Source: an uncultured Gammaproteobacteria bacterium
Lineage (GTDB): Bacteria > Patescibacteriota > Microgenomatia > UBA10105 > UBA927
Direction: 5' to 3'
DNA: 64,000 bases
Assembly (NCBI GenBank): GCA_964397755.1
Contig: CAYNJY010000002.1
Coordinates: forward strand, 15,620 to 79,619
The first letter of the stretch is position 1. Each line of letters begins with the position of its first letter. Below the pieces are notes generated by a model. The model was not told the origin of the DNA and searched no databases. It saw only the letters and a list, made by a program, of their open reading frames with translations. Below are positions 55,915-64,000 of the stretch, piece after piece. The translations under genes were made by a program, and so were the position numbers.

Positions 55915-56798
55915 AGACATGCTACTTGTGTAGAAAATCTACCGTTCCCTTTTTAGACAAGAACGGATATACCATCATCCGCTGTTCCTCGTGTGGTCTT
56001 GAGCAGACGATACTTGAAGAAGACTACCAGAGATTCGTAAAGCGCCATTACTCGCAGGGGTACTTTACCGGAGATCCCAAGCGCAGTGCTTACGTAGATT
56101 ACAAAGATGACAAAAAGCTCATCGTGCGAAACATGAGAAAAATTCTTTCTAGAATTTCAATGCTTAAGCCTTCAGGGAGGCTGCTTGATGTCGGTTGTGC
56201 GTTCGGATTTTTTATTGAGCTATCCAGCACATTTGGGTACGACGCGTACGGATTTGACGCATCAGACTTCGCGATACGGCACGCAAAGAAGAACGGTATA
56301 GGTGAGCGCGTGCGCGTTGCGACAATCGATTCCGTCGGATATAAACAAGGGTCGTTCGATGTCATTACCCTTCTGGATGTTTTTGAACATCTTGAAGACC
56401 CGGCAAAAAATCTTCGGAAGCTACGAAAGCTGCTGCGAGATGATGGTATCATTGTGATTGCAACAGGAGATACAGAGAGTTTTGCTGCGCGAATTCTTAA
56501 ACGCCGATGGACATTTTATATCCCTCCACAGCACCTCTTCTTTTTTAACAGACGTACACTCGGGATACTCCTCGAAGAATCAGGGTTTACGCCTCAAGCG
56601 TGGTTTCGCGTTGGGAAGTGGTTGAGTCTTCGATACGTCTTACATCTTGCTCGAACCACGGGGGAAAGCAGACTTGCTCAGAGACTTTTCCCGTTTGTGG
56701 CGCGAAGTCCTTTGGGGAGCGTGCCACTCTATCTTCCGATGCGGGACAACATCGTTGTTATAGCGAAAAAATCCCATGAAGGCACGCACGTGGTTTGA
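55911..56798 (+). CDS. Class I SAM-dependent methyltransferase with N-terminal Cys4 zinc ribbon
   Basis: A CxxC...CxxC N-terminus and motif I (LLDVGCAFGFF). An ATGA overlap couples it to the upstream GT2 gene. Confidence 0.7.
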   Translation: MKTCYLCRKSTVPFLDKNGYTIIRCSSCGLEQTILEEDYQRFVKRHYSQGYFTGDPKRSAYVDYKDDKKLIVRNMRKILSRISMLKPSGRLLDVGCAFGFFIELSSTFGYDAYGFDASDFAIRHAKKNGIGERVRVATIDSVGYKQGSFDVITLLDVFEHLEDPAKNLRKLRKLLRDDGIIVIATGDTESFAARILKRRWTFYIPPQHLFFFNRRTLGILLEESGFTPQAWFRVGKWLSLRYVLHLARTTGESRLAQRLFPFVARSPLGSVPLYLPMRDNIVVIAKKSHEGTHVV

Positions 56799-59295
56799 TC
56801 GAATGGTGCCGGTTTTGTTTTTTATCCTTACCGCTCTCTTCTTCCGCAGCTACTTTTTGAAGAACCAGGTACCACTTCCATTTAATCTGTTAGTTTCCTT
56901 CTACGCCCCATGGAGATACGAGACGTGGGCTGGCTACGGCGCTGGTGTGCCAAACAAACCTCTTGGCTACGATAACCTGAAGCTCTTCTATCCATACAGA
57001 AAATTTACGACAGAGGAGTTGAGTAGAGGCAAGATGCCACTTTGGAACCCGTATGTTTTTGCTGGCAACGTACATCATGCGACGTATCAATCAGCAGTTT
57101 TTTATCCGCTCAATGTCATCTATCATGTTCTCCCCCTTGTTGACGCGTGGAGCCTTATGGTCATGATACAGCCTGTGCTTGCCGGATGGTTCACGTATCT
57201 GTTCTTGCGTTCGCTCAATCGTTCCCAGGGAGCAAGCTGGCTTGGAGCGCTCGGGTTTGCCTATTCGGGGTGGATGATAGCCATGTGGGAGGAAGTGCTG
57301 GTTATCGTTCACACTATTCTGTGGCTCCCCCTTGCTCTCTATGCATCCAATTTGATTTGGATGAGGAACCAAACATTCAAAGGGATAGCCGTGTTGATTT
57401 TTGCTCTTTCTCTGGCAGTTTTTGCTGGATTTCCGCAGATGACCGTATACTTCTTCGGAATCGTCATCGCATGGAATATATACCACGTACTCTCTTCGTC
57501 TGTCACGGAAGAGCGGCGTAAAAAATTCGTGGCGATGATTTTCGCAGTCGCGTCGACGGTACTCCTGACGGCCGTCCAGTGGGTTCCCGCATCTGAAGCG
57601 TATGTTCTCGCTCCTCGAGCAAAAGTCGATTCCTCTTTCCTATTCAACAAATTTTTTTCTCCACTAACACATCTCCTGACCTTTCTCGCCCCTGATTTTT
57701 GGGGCAGTCCGGGGACGTATAATTATTTTGCAAACGCCATTTATATTCAGGAGCGAACACTATTTGTGGGTCTTGTAATTTTCCTTTTTGCCTTTTTTGC
57801 GTTTGTAAAGGATAAAGAACGTACCGCAGTTTTTTGGAAGGCCAGCACACTCCTAACACTCTCACTTGGTTTCGCCTTTCCAACGAGCTGGGTGTGGCAT
57901 ATATTTCGTGTCCCGGTGTTATCTGTCGCACAGCCTCTTCGGATACTTATACTCCCGGTTTTTGGCCTGTGTGTTCTTGCGTCGTACGGCATCGATACGT
58001 TCCAGAAGGAGCGATCTTTGAACGTAATGCGCCGGATACTACAAATCGTTGTCATTATATTTGTGGGTCTATGGATCTTTACGTTCGCCTCATATGTCCT
58101 CCATGTGCAGCAAGCGTCAATGATAAAAGCTTGCAATACGCCCATGCTCCATCGATGGTACTGCAGCTGGTTTACCGACCCCGATGTTCAAAAGCGCATT
58201 GCCCTCTATGGGGCGGTGTCGATTCGAAATCTCGTTATTCCCACAATAACACTACTTGTGATGATCGGTGTTGTTGTGTATTTGAGACGACAACCCTTCT
58301 GGTTCATCACGGGTCTCTCTGTGATTACACTGGGATCTAGTATGTATTTTGCACAGAAAATGCTGTATTTTTCCGATAGACAATTTGAATATCCTCTCGT
58401 TAGTCCGGTAAATAAACTCAAAGAACTTGCCGGTTATGACAGGGTATGGAGTTATGGCGACGGTTATATCGTTCGAAATATTCTTTCCTACTATCGTATT
58501 TTTTCAGCCGAAGGATATGAGGCTCTCTACGCTCATCGCTACGGAGTCTTGTTACATACGATTCAAAATAGTGGCAGAGTGAGCGACCGCATTCAGAGGA
58601 ACGATGCGACCTTGAGCGAGACCGGTCAGTTTGAGCGAATGACCCACAATCCGATACGGCTTCGGTTGATGTCGCTTCTGGGAGTTAAGTATGTTTTGGA
58701 ACACACAGATCCACACGCGGATCAGACATTGGCGCCACTCGAGCGATTTCCTCCTGATTTGTTTACTCTTGCCTGGGAAAATGATATATGGCGCATATGG
58801 GAATACAAACGTTCCCTTCCTCGCGCTTTTGTTGTTCACACAATAGTAGTAGAGAAAGATCCGCAAAAAATTGTAGACATACTCATTGATGAAAATACAG
58901 ACCTTCTAACCACCGCAATCGTTGAAGATGAAAAGATTACACTTTCTCAGATAGAAAGTGCCTCTGTGGATACTGTTGAAATCGTTGACTATCAACCCAC
59001 ATCGCTAGACATACGGGTGAACATAAGCGCAGATGGACTCCTCTTTTTGTCTGACACATACTATCCGGGGTGGAAGGCCTTTGTCGATGATATTGAGGCA
59101 AGGATTTATCGGACCAACTACACATTTCGCGGAGTTTTGGTGCCCAAAGGAAGTCATACGGTTCGGTTTGTCTACCAACCGCAATCATTTACAATGGGAG
59201 TGTCAGCGAGCATTATTGGAGTAATAATGTTTTTAGGACTTATTATATACGCTCGCCGGAATTTAGCTTCGCAAGGGGGCCCCTTGCGAAGCTAA
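56776..59295 (+). CDS. YfhO-family GT-C membrane glycosyltransferase (copy 3, 839 aa)
   Basis: YPYRK...GKMPLWNPYVFAGNVHHATYQSAVFYPLN at the N-terminus and YYPGWKAFVDD...VPKGSHTV at the C-terminus. Confidence 0.75.
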   Translation: MKARTWFDRMVPVLFFILTALFFRSYFLKNQVPLPFNLLVSFYAPWRYETWAGYGAGVPNKPLGYDNLKLFYPYRKFTTEELSRGKMPLWNPYVFAGNVHHATYQSAVFYPLNVIYHVLPLVDAWSLMVMIQPVLAGWFTYLFLRSLNRSQGASWLGALGFAYSGWMIAMWEEVLVIVHTILWLPLALYASNLIWMRNQTFKGIAVLIFALSLAVFAGFPQMTVYFFGIVIAWNIYHVLSSSVTEERRKKFVAMIFAVASTVLLTAVQWVPASEAYVLAPRAKVDSSFLFNKFFSPLTHLLTFLAPDFWGSPGTYNYFANAIYIQERTLFVGLVIFLFAFFAFVKDKERTAVFWKASTLLTLSLGFAFPTSWVWHIFRVPVLSVAQPLRILILPVFGLCVLASYGIDTFQKERSLNVMRRILQIVVIIFVGLWIFTFASYVLHVQQASMIKACNTPMLHRWYCSWFTDPDVQKRIALYGAVSIRNLVIPTITLLVMIGVVVYLRRQPFWFITGLSVITLGSSMYFAQKMLYFSDRQFEYPLVSPVNKLKELAGYDRVWSYGDGYIVRNILSYYRIFSAEGYEALYAHRYGVLLHTIQNSGRVSDRIQRNDATLSETGQFERMTHNPIRLRLMSLLGVKYVLEHTDPHADQTLAPLERFPPDLFTLAWENDIWRIWEYKRSLPRAFVVHTIVVEKDPQKIVDILIDENTDLLTTAIVEDEKITLSQIESASVDTVEIVDYQPTSLDIRVNISADGLLFLSDTYYPGWKAFVDDIEARIYRTNYTFRGVLVPKGSHTVRFVYQPQSFTMGVSASIIGVIMFLGLIIYARRNLASQGGPLRS

Positions 59296-59309
59296 CGCGG
59301 GATAAGCAT

Positions 59310-60950
59310 GTGAAAAATGCTTGGTTACTTGGTATCGTGGCGTTAGCACTTTTACTGCGAGTTTATCGTCTGGCTGAGGTTCCTGTCGGATTTCATGGCG
59401 ATGAAGCAAGCATCGGCTACAACGCGTACAGTCTCCTCAAAACCGGCAAAGATCAAAACAATAATGTTCTCCCCCTGGCCATCGATCAGTTCGGAGACTT
59501 TCGCCCTGCGGGGTACCACTATTTGACTATCCCGTTCGTTGCCGTCTTTGGACTTACGGAGCTGGCCGTGAGACTCCCTTCAGCTCTCCTCGGTGGACTC
59601 TCGGTTGTTCCGTTTGCTCTTCTTCTCTATCAACTGTTTAAGAGACAACAACTGGTGCTGCTTGGCGGACTTCTTCTTGCAATTTCCCCATGGCATATAG
59701 CGCTTTCAAGGGCAACATCGGAAAGCGTGGTTGCTCTTTTTTTGGTCCTTTGGGGTGCATATTTTTTTGTCCGCTTCGGTAAGAATCTGAAGAACCTTTG
59801 GTATGCCGGCTTCTTTTTCTTTTTGAGTTTCTTTTTTTACCACTCAGCTCGATTGTTTGTACCACTCCTCGTGTTGGTATATACCCTTTTGAGATTTTTT
59901 GAAGCCAAAAGTGATGTTCAGAAGCAAAAGCCACTTCTTTGGTTCACTGCCGGCATTGTCGTGGCCTCGGTGGTTATATTTTTTGTTTCATATGGGCGAG
60001 GTCGAGTAAGACAAGTGAGCATCTTGCGCTCCCCGGGAGACATGCAAACCCTGAGAGAGCAGGTTCTTGAAGATGTCGGTGTTGTCCCTTGGGCCGCGCG
60101 TGCACTTCATAATAAGGTGACACACTATCTCATAACCGTTGCTCGCAATTATTTTGAACACTTTACTGGAAATTTTCTTTTCCTCGAGGGGGGTCAACCA
60201 GTGCGCTACCGTGTGCCGTGGAGCGGACTCATGTACCTCATCGAGGCCCCCGCAGTCGCTATCGGCTTCATTGGTCTTATCGTATTTATTACTAGAACGA
60301 AAAACCAGTTAGGAGCGTTCCCTCTCTTGTGGCTCTTCCTGGCACCCATTCCAGCGGCATTGACCTTCGGTGAGCTTCCTAACGTGCAACGAGCCCTTTT
60401 TATGGTGCCATCGCTGGTACTTCTTTCTGCCTATAGCATAGTTCTTGTGGTTGATAAGACAGTAACAAGGCTCAGGACGTTCCTTGTGGTTGGTCTGATA
60501 CTTGCGTATGGATACGAGGGAGTAGTTTTTTTCCATAACTATTTTCACCATAGTTATACCCATGAGCCGTGGTATCGAAACGTTGGTGAAAAAGAATTGG
60601 TATTTGACGTAGCCCGATTTGCAGCGGAGGGAAAGAAGGTTGTTATGACATCACAAAATGACAACAATCTCGTCTTTCATCTCTTTTACACGCGCTTCGA
60701 CCCGGCAAAGTATCAGGCGCTTGGTTCACCGCGGGATAAAGATAACCTTCAGTTTGGCAACTTGACCTTTACCTACAGGCACTGTCCACTGGAGGGAAGC
60801 GAACAGGATGCGGCACTAGGGGAACTTGGTGTGATGTATGTCAATCGCGGAGAATGCAAACTTCCCAAAAACAGTGAACTCCTCAAAGACATCACGCGAC
60901 TCGACGATTCAATTGCCTTCCGCATTCTTCAAATCAAGCCTTCTCAATAA
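59310..60950 (+). CDS. GT-C glycosyltransferase, family 39-like (PMT_2)
   Basis: HGDEASIGYNAYSLLKTGKD is the DE loop. A polytopic protein of 546 aa. Confidence 0.65.
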   Translation: MKNAWLLGIVALALLLRVYRLAEVPVGFHGDEASIGYNAYSLLKTGKDQNNNVLPLAIDQFGDFRPAGYHYLTIPFVAVFGLTELAVRLPSALLGGLSVVPFALLLYQLFKRQQLVLLGGLLLAISPWHIALSRATSESVVALFLVLWGAYFFVRFGKNLKNLWYAGFFFFLSFFFYHSARLFVPLLVLVYTLLRFFEAKSDVQKQKPLLWFTAGIVVASVVIFFVSYGRGRVRQVSILRSPGDMQTLREQVLEDVGVVPWAARALHNKVTHYLITVARNYFEHFTGNFLFLEGGQPVRYRVPWSGLMYLIEAPAVAIGFIGLIVFITRTKNQLGAFPLLWLFLAPIPAALTFGELPNVQRALFMVPSLVLLSAYSIVLVVDKTVTRLRTFLVVGLILAYGYEGVVFFHNYFHHSYTHEPWYRNVGEKELVFDVARFAAEGKKVVMTSQNDNNLVFHLFYTRFDPAKYQALGSPRDKDNLQFGNLTFTYRHCPLEGSEQDAALGELGVMYVNRGECKLPKNSELLKDITRLDDSIAFRILQIKPSQ

Positions 60951-60957
60951 TCTTGCT

Positions 60958-62646
60958 TTATTGAGCTTGAACAACACGAAATACTACTGAATTATCCCCT
61001 CGCTTTATATTACTGAGAGCTCTGGTACCATCGGGTGTTGGACACGTTCCGTAATTGACATAGAGAATGTTTGGAAGGCCGGTTAATCCTTCAGTCTTGG
61101 GATCCACTCGCAGTGGGCATTCTTCTTGGGAAAATTCATACGAACCGAAGTTGATGCGGTCAAAATCAGGAATCTCGGGTTGGCGGGTATCTTTTTGAAA
61201 CAAACCGGGATCGTAGCGGCCATAGAAGAGGAAGAAGATGGTGGGTGCGGATTCCCGATTGGTGACGACGGCTTTTTGATAGGAAGGAAGAAGTTCATTT
61301 ACTTCAGAAACAAGCGCCTGATACCCTTCGTGTCGATACCACGGTTTATGGATCGGGAGATGAACGAAGTATTGGTGGAGGTAAAAAGAAACATTGTAGC
61401 TAGCAAACAGTAATAAAGAGATAATGAAAAACTTCTTTGTTGAAGTTGACCACATAAGACTAAGGAGCCACAGTACGCCAAGGGCTGTTACCATGGAAAA
61501 TGCAGGTAACATGAGGACTGTCCTTTGAAGATTTGGAACGTCATCGAACGCGAGACTACTTCCAATAGGAGCAAGGAAAATCCAAGACAGGAGAATGAAT
61601 CCTCCTTGACCGCCCTTGGATATAAGCCAATAAAGTCCAGCAAGAAGCAGTGGTAATTCAAAGAGGTAGAGAAGCCCGCTACCAGTGACTCGATAACGGG
61701 CTGGTAAGGCTTGATCGGTGAAGAGAAACGGATATGAGAAATGAGAAAAGTAGTTTTGGGAAAATTGATCAGCATATCCAATGAGCTTATTGTGATAGAG
61801 CCTTGTTACAAATCGATTGGATCCGGCAACGCCATTTTCACGAATATATTCATCGAGATTGAGTTGGGTTTTTTGATCTGCAAAAAGACTGACCGTACGG
61901 AGTCGCAGTGAAAGGTTGGGTGTTGAGAGAACTACCATAAGGGGCAAGAGGATTGTAAGAAAATAGAGAATGATGGGGAGCTTAAGATTGCGCCAGATTC
62001 CCGAAATTGGAGTAGCTTTAATTCCGGGAATCGAAGTGGGGTAAACAAGCATCAAGATCGGAATAAACAGCGGCAGAAATGCACGCGGGGCTTGGTAGAG
62101 CAAGAGGGCGAGGGCAAAGGAAGCGAATGAGGCAAGAAGTAGCCATAGGGTGGAGCTCTTCGTCCATTTCATATACAAAAGTATTCCAAGACAAAGGAAA
62201 AACGTGACAACAACGTTTTCCGTTGCTGTGCGCGAGAGATTGATGTGCCATGGACTAATAGCTAAAAAGAGAGATGAAAGAAGCGAGATGTAAGATGTAA
62301 GACGAGATGATTTGAATAATTCTTGTACCAGGAAAAATAGAACAAGAATGGTTAATGTTCCAAAGAATGCAGAAGGGAATCGTACAGAAAAGATACTAAG
62401 GTCAAAAAGGGCAATTGATGGAATAGCAAAATAGGAGTATCCTGCTGGGCTGTAGATAAAAGACTTAAGGTGGAGCGGCAGTAAGTTGCCGCTCATATCC
62501 CGACCGGTTTTGAGGATTGAGTATGCGTTATATCCCAAAAACGCCTCATCGCGGTGAAGTCCAGCTGGAATCTCACCAAGCTTAGAAAAGCGAAGAAATC
62601 CTGCGATTATTAGAATCAAAAACAATATCAGTTTTGCTTGTTTCAT
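60958..62646 (-). CDS. GT-C glycosyltransferase, family 39-like (PMT_2), convergent paralog of 59310..60950
   Basis: HRDEAFLGYNAYSILKTGRD. The overall architecture is colinear with the neighbouring gene. Confidence 0.65.
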   Translation of the reverse strand: MKQAKLILFLILIIAGFLRFSKLGEIPAGLHRDEAFLGYNAYSILKTGRDMSGNLLPLHLKSFIYSPAGYSYFAIPSIALFDLSIFSVRFPSAFFGTLTILVLFFLVQELFKSSRLTSYISLLSSLFLAISPWHINLSRTATENVVVTFFLCLGILLYMKWTKSSTLWLLLASFASFALALLLYQAPRAFLPLFIPILMLVYPTSIPGIKATPISGIWRNLKLPIILYFLTILLPLMVVLSTPNLSLRLRTVSLFADQKTQLNLDEYIRENGVAGSNRFVTRLYHNKLIGYADQFSQNYFSHFSYPFLFTDQALPARYRVTGSGLLYLFELPLLLAGLYWLISKGGQGGFILLSWIFLAPIGSSLAFDDVPNLQRTVLMLPAFSMVTALGVLWLLSLMWSTSTKKFFIISLLLFASYNVSFYLHQYFVHLPIHKPWYRHEGYQALVSEVNELLPSYQKAVVTNRESAPTIFFLFYGRYDPGLFQKDTRQPEIPDFDRINFGSYEFSQEECPLRVDPKTEGLTGLPNILYVNYGTCPTPDGTRALSNIKRGDNSVVFRVVQAQ

Positions 62647-62650
62647 TTAA

Positions 62651-62996
62651 TTAGAGAATGCCAAGTTCAACAAGTTTTTCTCTAAGTTTTTCAGGAGATT
62701 CAAAAAGAATTGTTGTTATGTCCATTTGTCTAGCCGGTATTAAGGAAGATTCCTTATCATCGATAAAAATAGTTTCTTTTGGAAGAACCTTAGCCCTTTC
62801 TAATGCAAACGAATATATTTTGCGATTTGGCTTTCTGACTCTCACCTCGTGAGAGAAAATGCCCCTTTGAAACCAAAGTAAAAAACCAAATCGCTCATCC
62901 AACTTCTCGACTCTTTCTCGAACATTGTCCGCTAAACTTTTTCGTTCCATTAGTAAACAAGACGCCGCCGAGATCAAAGAGAATAGCTTTCATCAT
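62651..62996 (-). pseudogene. HAD-superfamily hydrolase disrupted by a frameshift at an A5 homopolymer
   Basis: Motif I (MMKAILFDLGGVLF) is read from the ATG at 62996 in one frame and terminates after about 33 codons. The rest (KPNRKIY...FIDDK, motifs III/IV) continues in the +1 frame, with the junction at acgAAAAAg. Confidence 0.55.
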
Positions 62997-63003
62997 GGTT
63001 TGA

Positions 63004-64000
63004 TTATAAACTCCTGTATCGAAAAAATAGGAATATCACTACTGTTAATGAAAGAGTGCTTACAACATTAGAGAAGAACCTAATGGGGGATTCGGTGAAG
63101 CGAACGGCGATCTCGTGAGTTCCTTGTGGAACTTGAAAGGTAATAAGTCCTCGGTGGTTGGCATCCTGGAATTGGATGGGGACTTTCTGGTTGTTTACGC
63201 GCGCCTGCCAGCCAGGAAAGTAGAACGTGTTGTCAAGAATTGTGGCCTGTGTCTTGGCAACGATTCTGTATATATGGCGTACGGTGTTTCGTTCCCGCTC
63301 CTCGATGGTTGCGTCACCGCTTATGATCTGGGCAGGGGACGGAGCTCCTTTCGACGGGTTTCCGGCGGACCATACTGTTGTTGCCGCTCCGTGATAGTCA
63401 GTGGTACCGGCATACGTTTCGTAGAAACTGTCGGGGTGGTCGGTGAAACCGGCAACACGAGCATATGAAAATGAGACAATGATAAGGAGTATGGCTACCA
63501 GCACGGGAATGTTTTTGTGTTTGGTAGAGTTGAGAAAAAAAGTAGACACAGTGCTCGTAGCGAAACTCGCAATGGCGACGAAGCGCCACGGAAATTGGAT
63601 TTTCTTAAGAAGCGGCAGCGCTTCCCAGATAATTGAGCTGATAGGAAGCATGATCGCTATGCTTGCGCCGAAAGTAATAAGCCAAAAAATAACAAAGTTT
63701 CTATTTTGGGGCCTCTTCTTAAGGAGCAAAAAGCCTCCGAGGGCCAGGAGAAAGTGGAGCATTCCAATCTGAGGAGAAAGTCCTCCTGATTTTGTGATGT
63801 CCGGTCCGAGTCCCCATGGGCTTACAAGAAGTTGCTCAAGTTTTGGAAAGTGATTTCGATACATAGAGCCAATAAAGATATCGCCGTGGGTGTAGCGTTG
63901 TTCGAGGATTGCTGGGATCCAGAAGTATGAAGCAAGCCCAAGACCAAGAACAAGTAGGCTACATGCCCGAAGAATCTGTCTCGCGTCATGACGAGCGGTG
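63004..64000 (-). CDS. YfhO-family-like GT-C membrane protein, partial (N-terminus beyond the window edge)
   Basis: The frame stays open upstream of the annotated Met to the window end. It carries the C-terminal FYFPGWQARVNN...VPQGTHEI motif. Confidence 0.5.
   Translation of the reverse strand, partial: TARHDARQILRACSLLVLGLGLASYFWIPAILEQRYTHGDIFIGSMYRNHFPKLEQLLVSPWGLGPDITKSGGLSPQIGMLHFLLALGGFLLLKKRPQNRNFVIFWLITFGASIAIMLPISSIIWEALPLLKKIQFPWRFVAIASFATSTVSTFFLNSTKHKNIPVLVAILLIIVSFSYARVAGFTDHPDSFYETYAGTTDYHGAATTVWSAGNPSKGAPSPAQIISGDATIEERERNTVRHIYRIVAKTQATILDNTFYFPGWQARVNNQKVPIQFQDANHRGLITFQVPQGTHEIAVRFTESPIRFFSNVVSTLSLTVVIFLFFRYRSL

Noticed and set aside
55129-55920. 263-aa minus-strand ORF
   Set aside because: It is antisense to a clear GT2 gene (55003..55914).
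1-64000. Searched for transposases, integrases, CRISPR arrays, rRNA and tRNA genes
   Set aside because: None was recognizable. The only disrupted gene is the HAD hydrolase, and nothing marks it as an IS element.

Overview
The window reads as a gene-dense bacterial chromosome segment with small proteins and many apparently leaderless genes. This is compatible with a reduced-genome, CPR/Patescibacteria-like or other uncultivated lineage, but the phylum cannot be fixed from sequence alone. Positions 1-30.2 kb are housekeeping and show several regulatory features. (1) A LysW carrier-protein amino-acid biosynthesis operon (lysW-lysX-argC/lysY-argB/lysZ-argD/lysJ) carries an EgtC/YafJ-like class-II glutamine amidotransferase gene where LysK would be expected. 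It is preceded by a sigma70-like promoter, a 28-aa leader ORF with four Lys codons, and an intrinsic terminator, which together look like a lysine attenuator. (2) Downstream lie lysS, an HD hydrolase, rdgB, and a long 5' leader with a canonical T-box antiterminator (UGGCACC bulge) in front of a histidine-phosphatase gene plus serS. (3) Further along are secA, a vapBC-like RHH/PIN pair with a palindromic operator, rnhB, a KamA/EpmB-like radical SAM gene, an apparently circularly permuted DsbA, ruvCAB, a ZIP transporter, prfB without the programmed frameshift, ftsEX with an M23 peptidase, and tsaE/tsaC/a short tsaB. (4) A 13-mer TGTTCTAGAACAT palindrome occurs twice, upstream of rdgB and upstream of kamA. 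Positions 30.2-64 kb form a visibly more AT-rich glycosylation island. It encodes dTDP-sugar genes (rmlA, rmlB, rmlD, no rmlC), ugd, an SDR epimerase, eight GT2 genes (three DPM-synthase-like, one fused to GtrA), two GT4 genes, a Wzx flippase, a methyltransferase, four GT39/PMT-like GT-C proteins, and six YfhO-family GT-C proteins that share a C-terminal YxPGW...PxGxH motif. The island also contains a frameshifted HAD hydrolase and a tandem duplication that creates a stop codon. No rRNA, tRNA, CRISPR array or transposase was seen.
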